A stretch of 64,000 nucleotides of DNA from Stylophora pistillata. Taxonomy: Eukaryota. The stretch covers positions 109,975-173,974 of the forward strand of contig NW_019217849.1 in NCBI RefSeq assembly GCF_002571385.2. The letters run 5' to 3'. Below are positions 63,829 through 64,000 of this stretch, piece after piece. Within the stretch, counting starts at the first letter, position 1. Each line of letters starts with the position of its first letter. A model generated the notes under the pieces. The model ran no database searches, was not told where the DNA came from, and saw only the letters and a program-made list of their open reading frames with translations. The position numbers and the translations under genes are program-made.

Positions 63829-64000
63829 TCTTTTGAGGACCACAATTAACATGATCACCACAGAATACTTTCAGTTTGTGGTATAAAGTCAGGATTTCAT
63901 CTGGCTATCATCCTCTTCTAGAAGGCATGAAACATGTGTTCAAGACCAAAAGTGTTTGGTTGAATACTTCTCTTACAAAATTGTATATCTGCCTATATCA

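Overview
Intron-rich, AT-rich animal genomic DNA, most likely a stony coral (inferred from the repeat families and gene structures). It is a draft assembly with several N gaps. I assembled nine protein-coding genes by hand from spliced exons: XPO1 3' half (+), an intronless divergent SERTA-domain-like ORF (-), INTS7 (-), DTL/CDT2 (+), an S9-family serine peptidase (-), an intronless bacterial-type ROK fructokinase (+), CNIH4 (-), FAM161A/B-like (+) and the 5' end of MTA (+). Six of these form three tight head-to-head pairs: INTS7/DTL, peptidase/fructokinase and CNIH4/FAM161. The most interesting observations are: (1) the intronless ROK fructokinase, a candidate horizontal acquisition sharing a ~280 bp promoter with a spliced host gene; (2) the INTS7-DTL bidirectional pair, also found in human, with paired E2F sites; (3) gene content matching the human 1q32-42/2p/11q13/14q paralogon; (4) a U12-type intron in CNIH4; (5) a (TAA)n-flanked restriction-like-endonuclease retrotransposon; and (6) many nested SINE, MITE and Penelope-like insertions. 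All homologies are recognised from memory, not from database searches.
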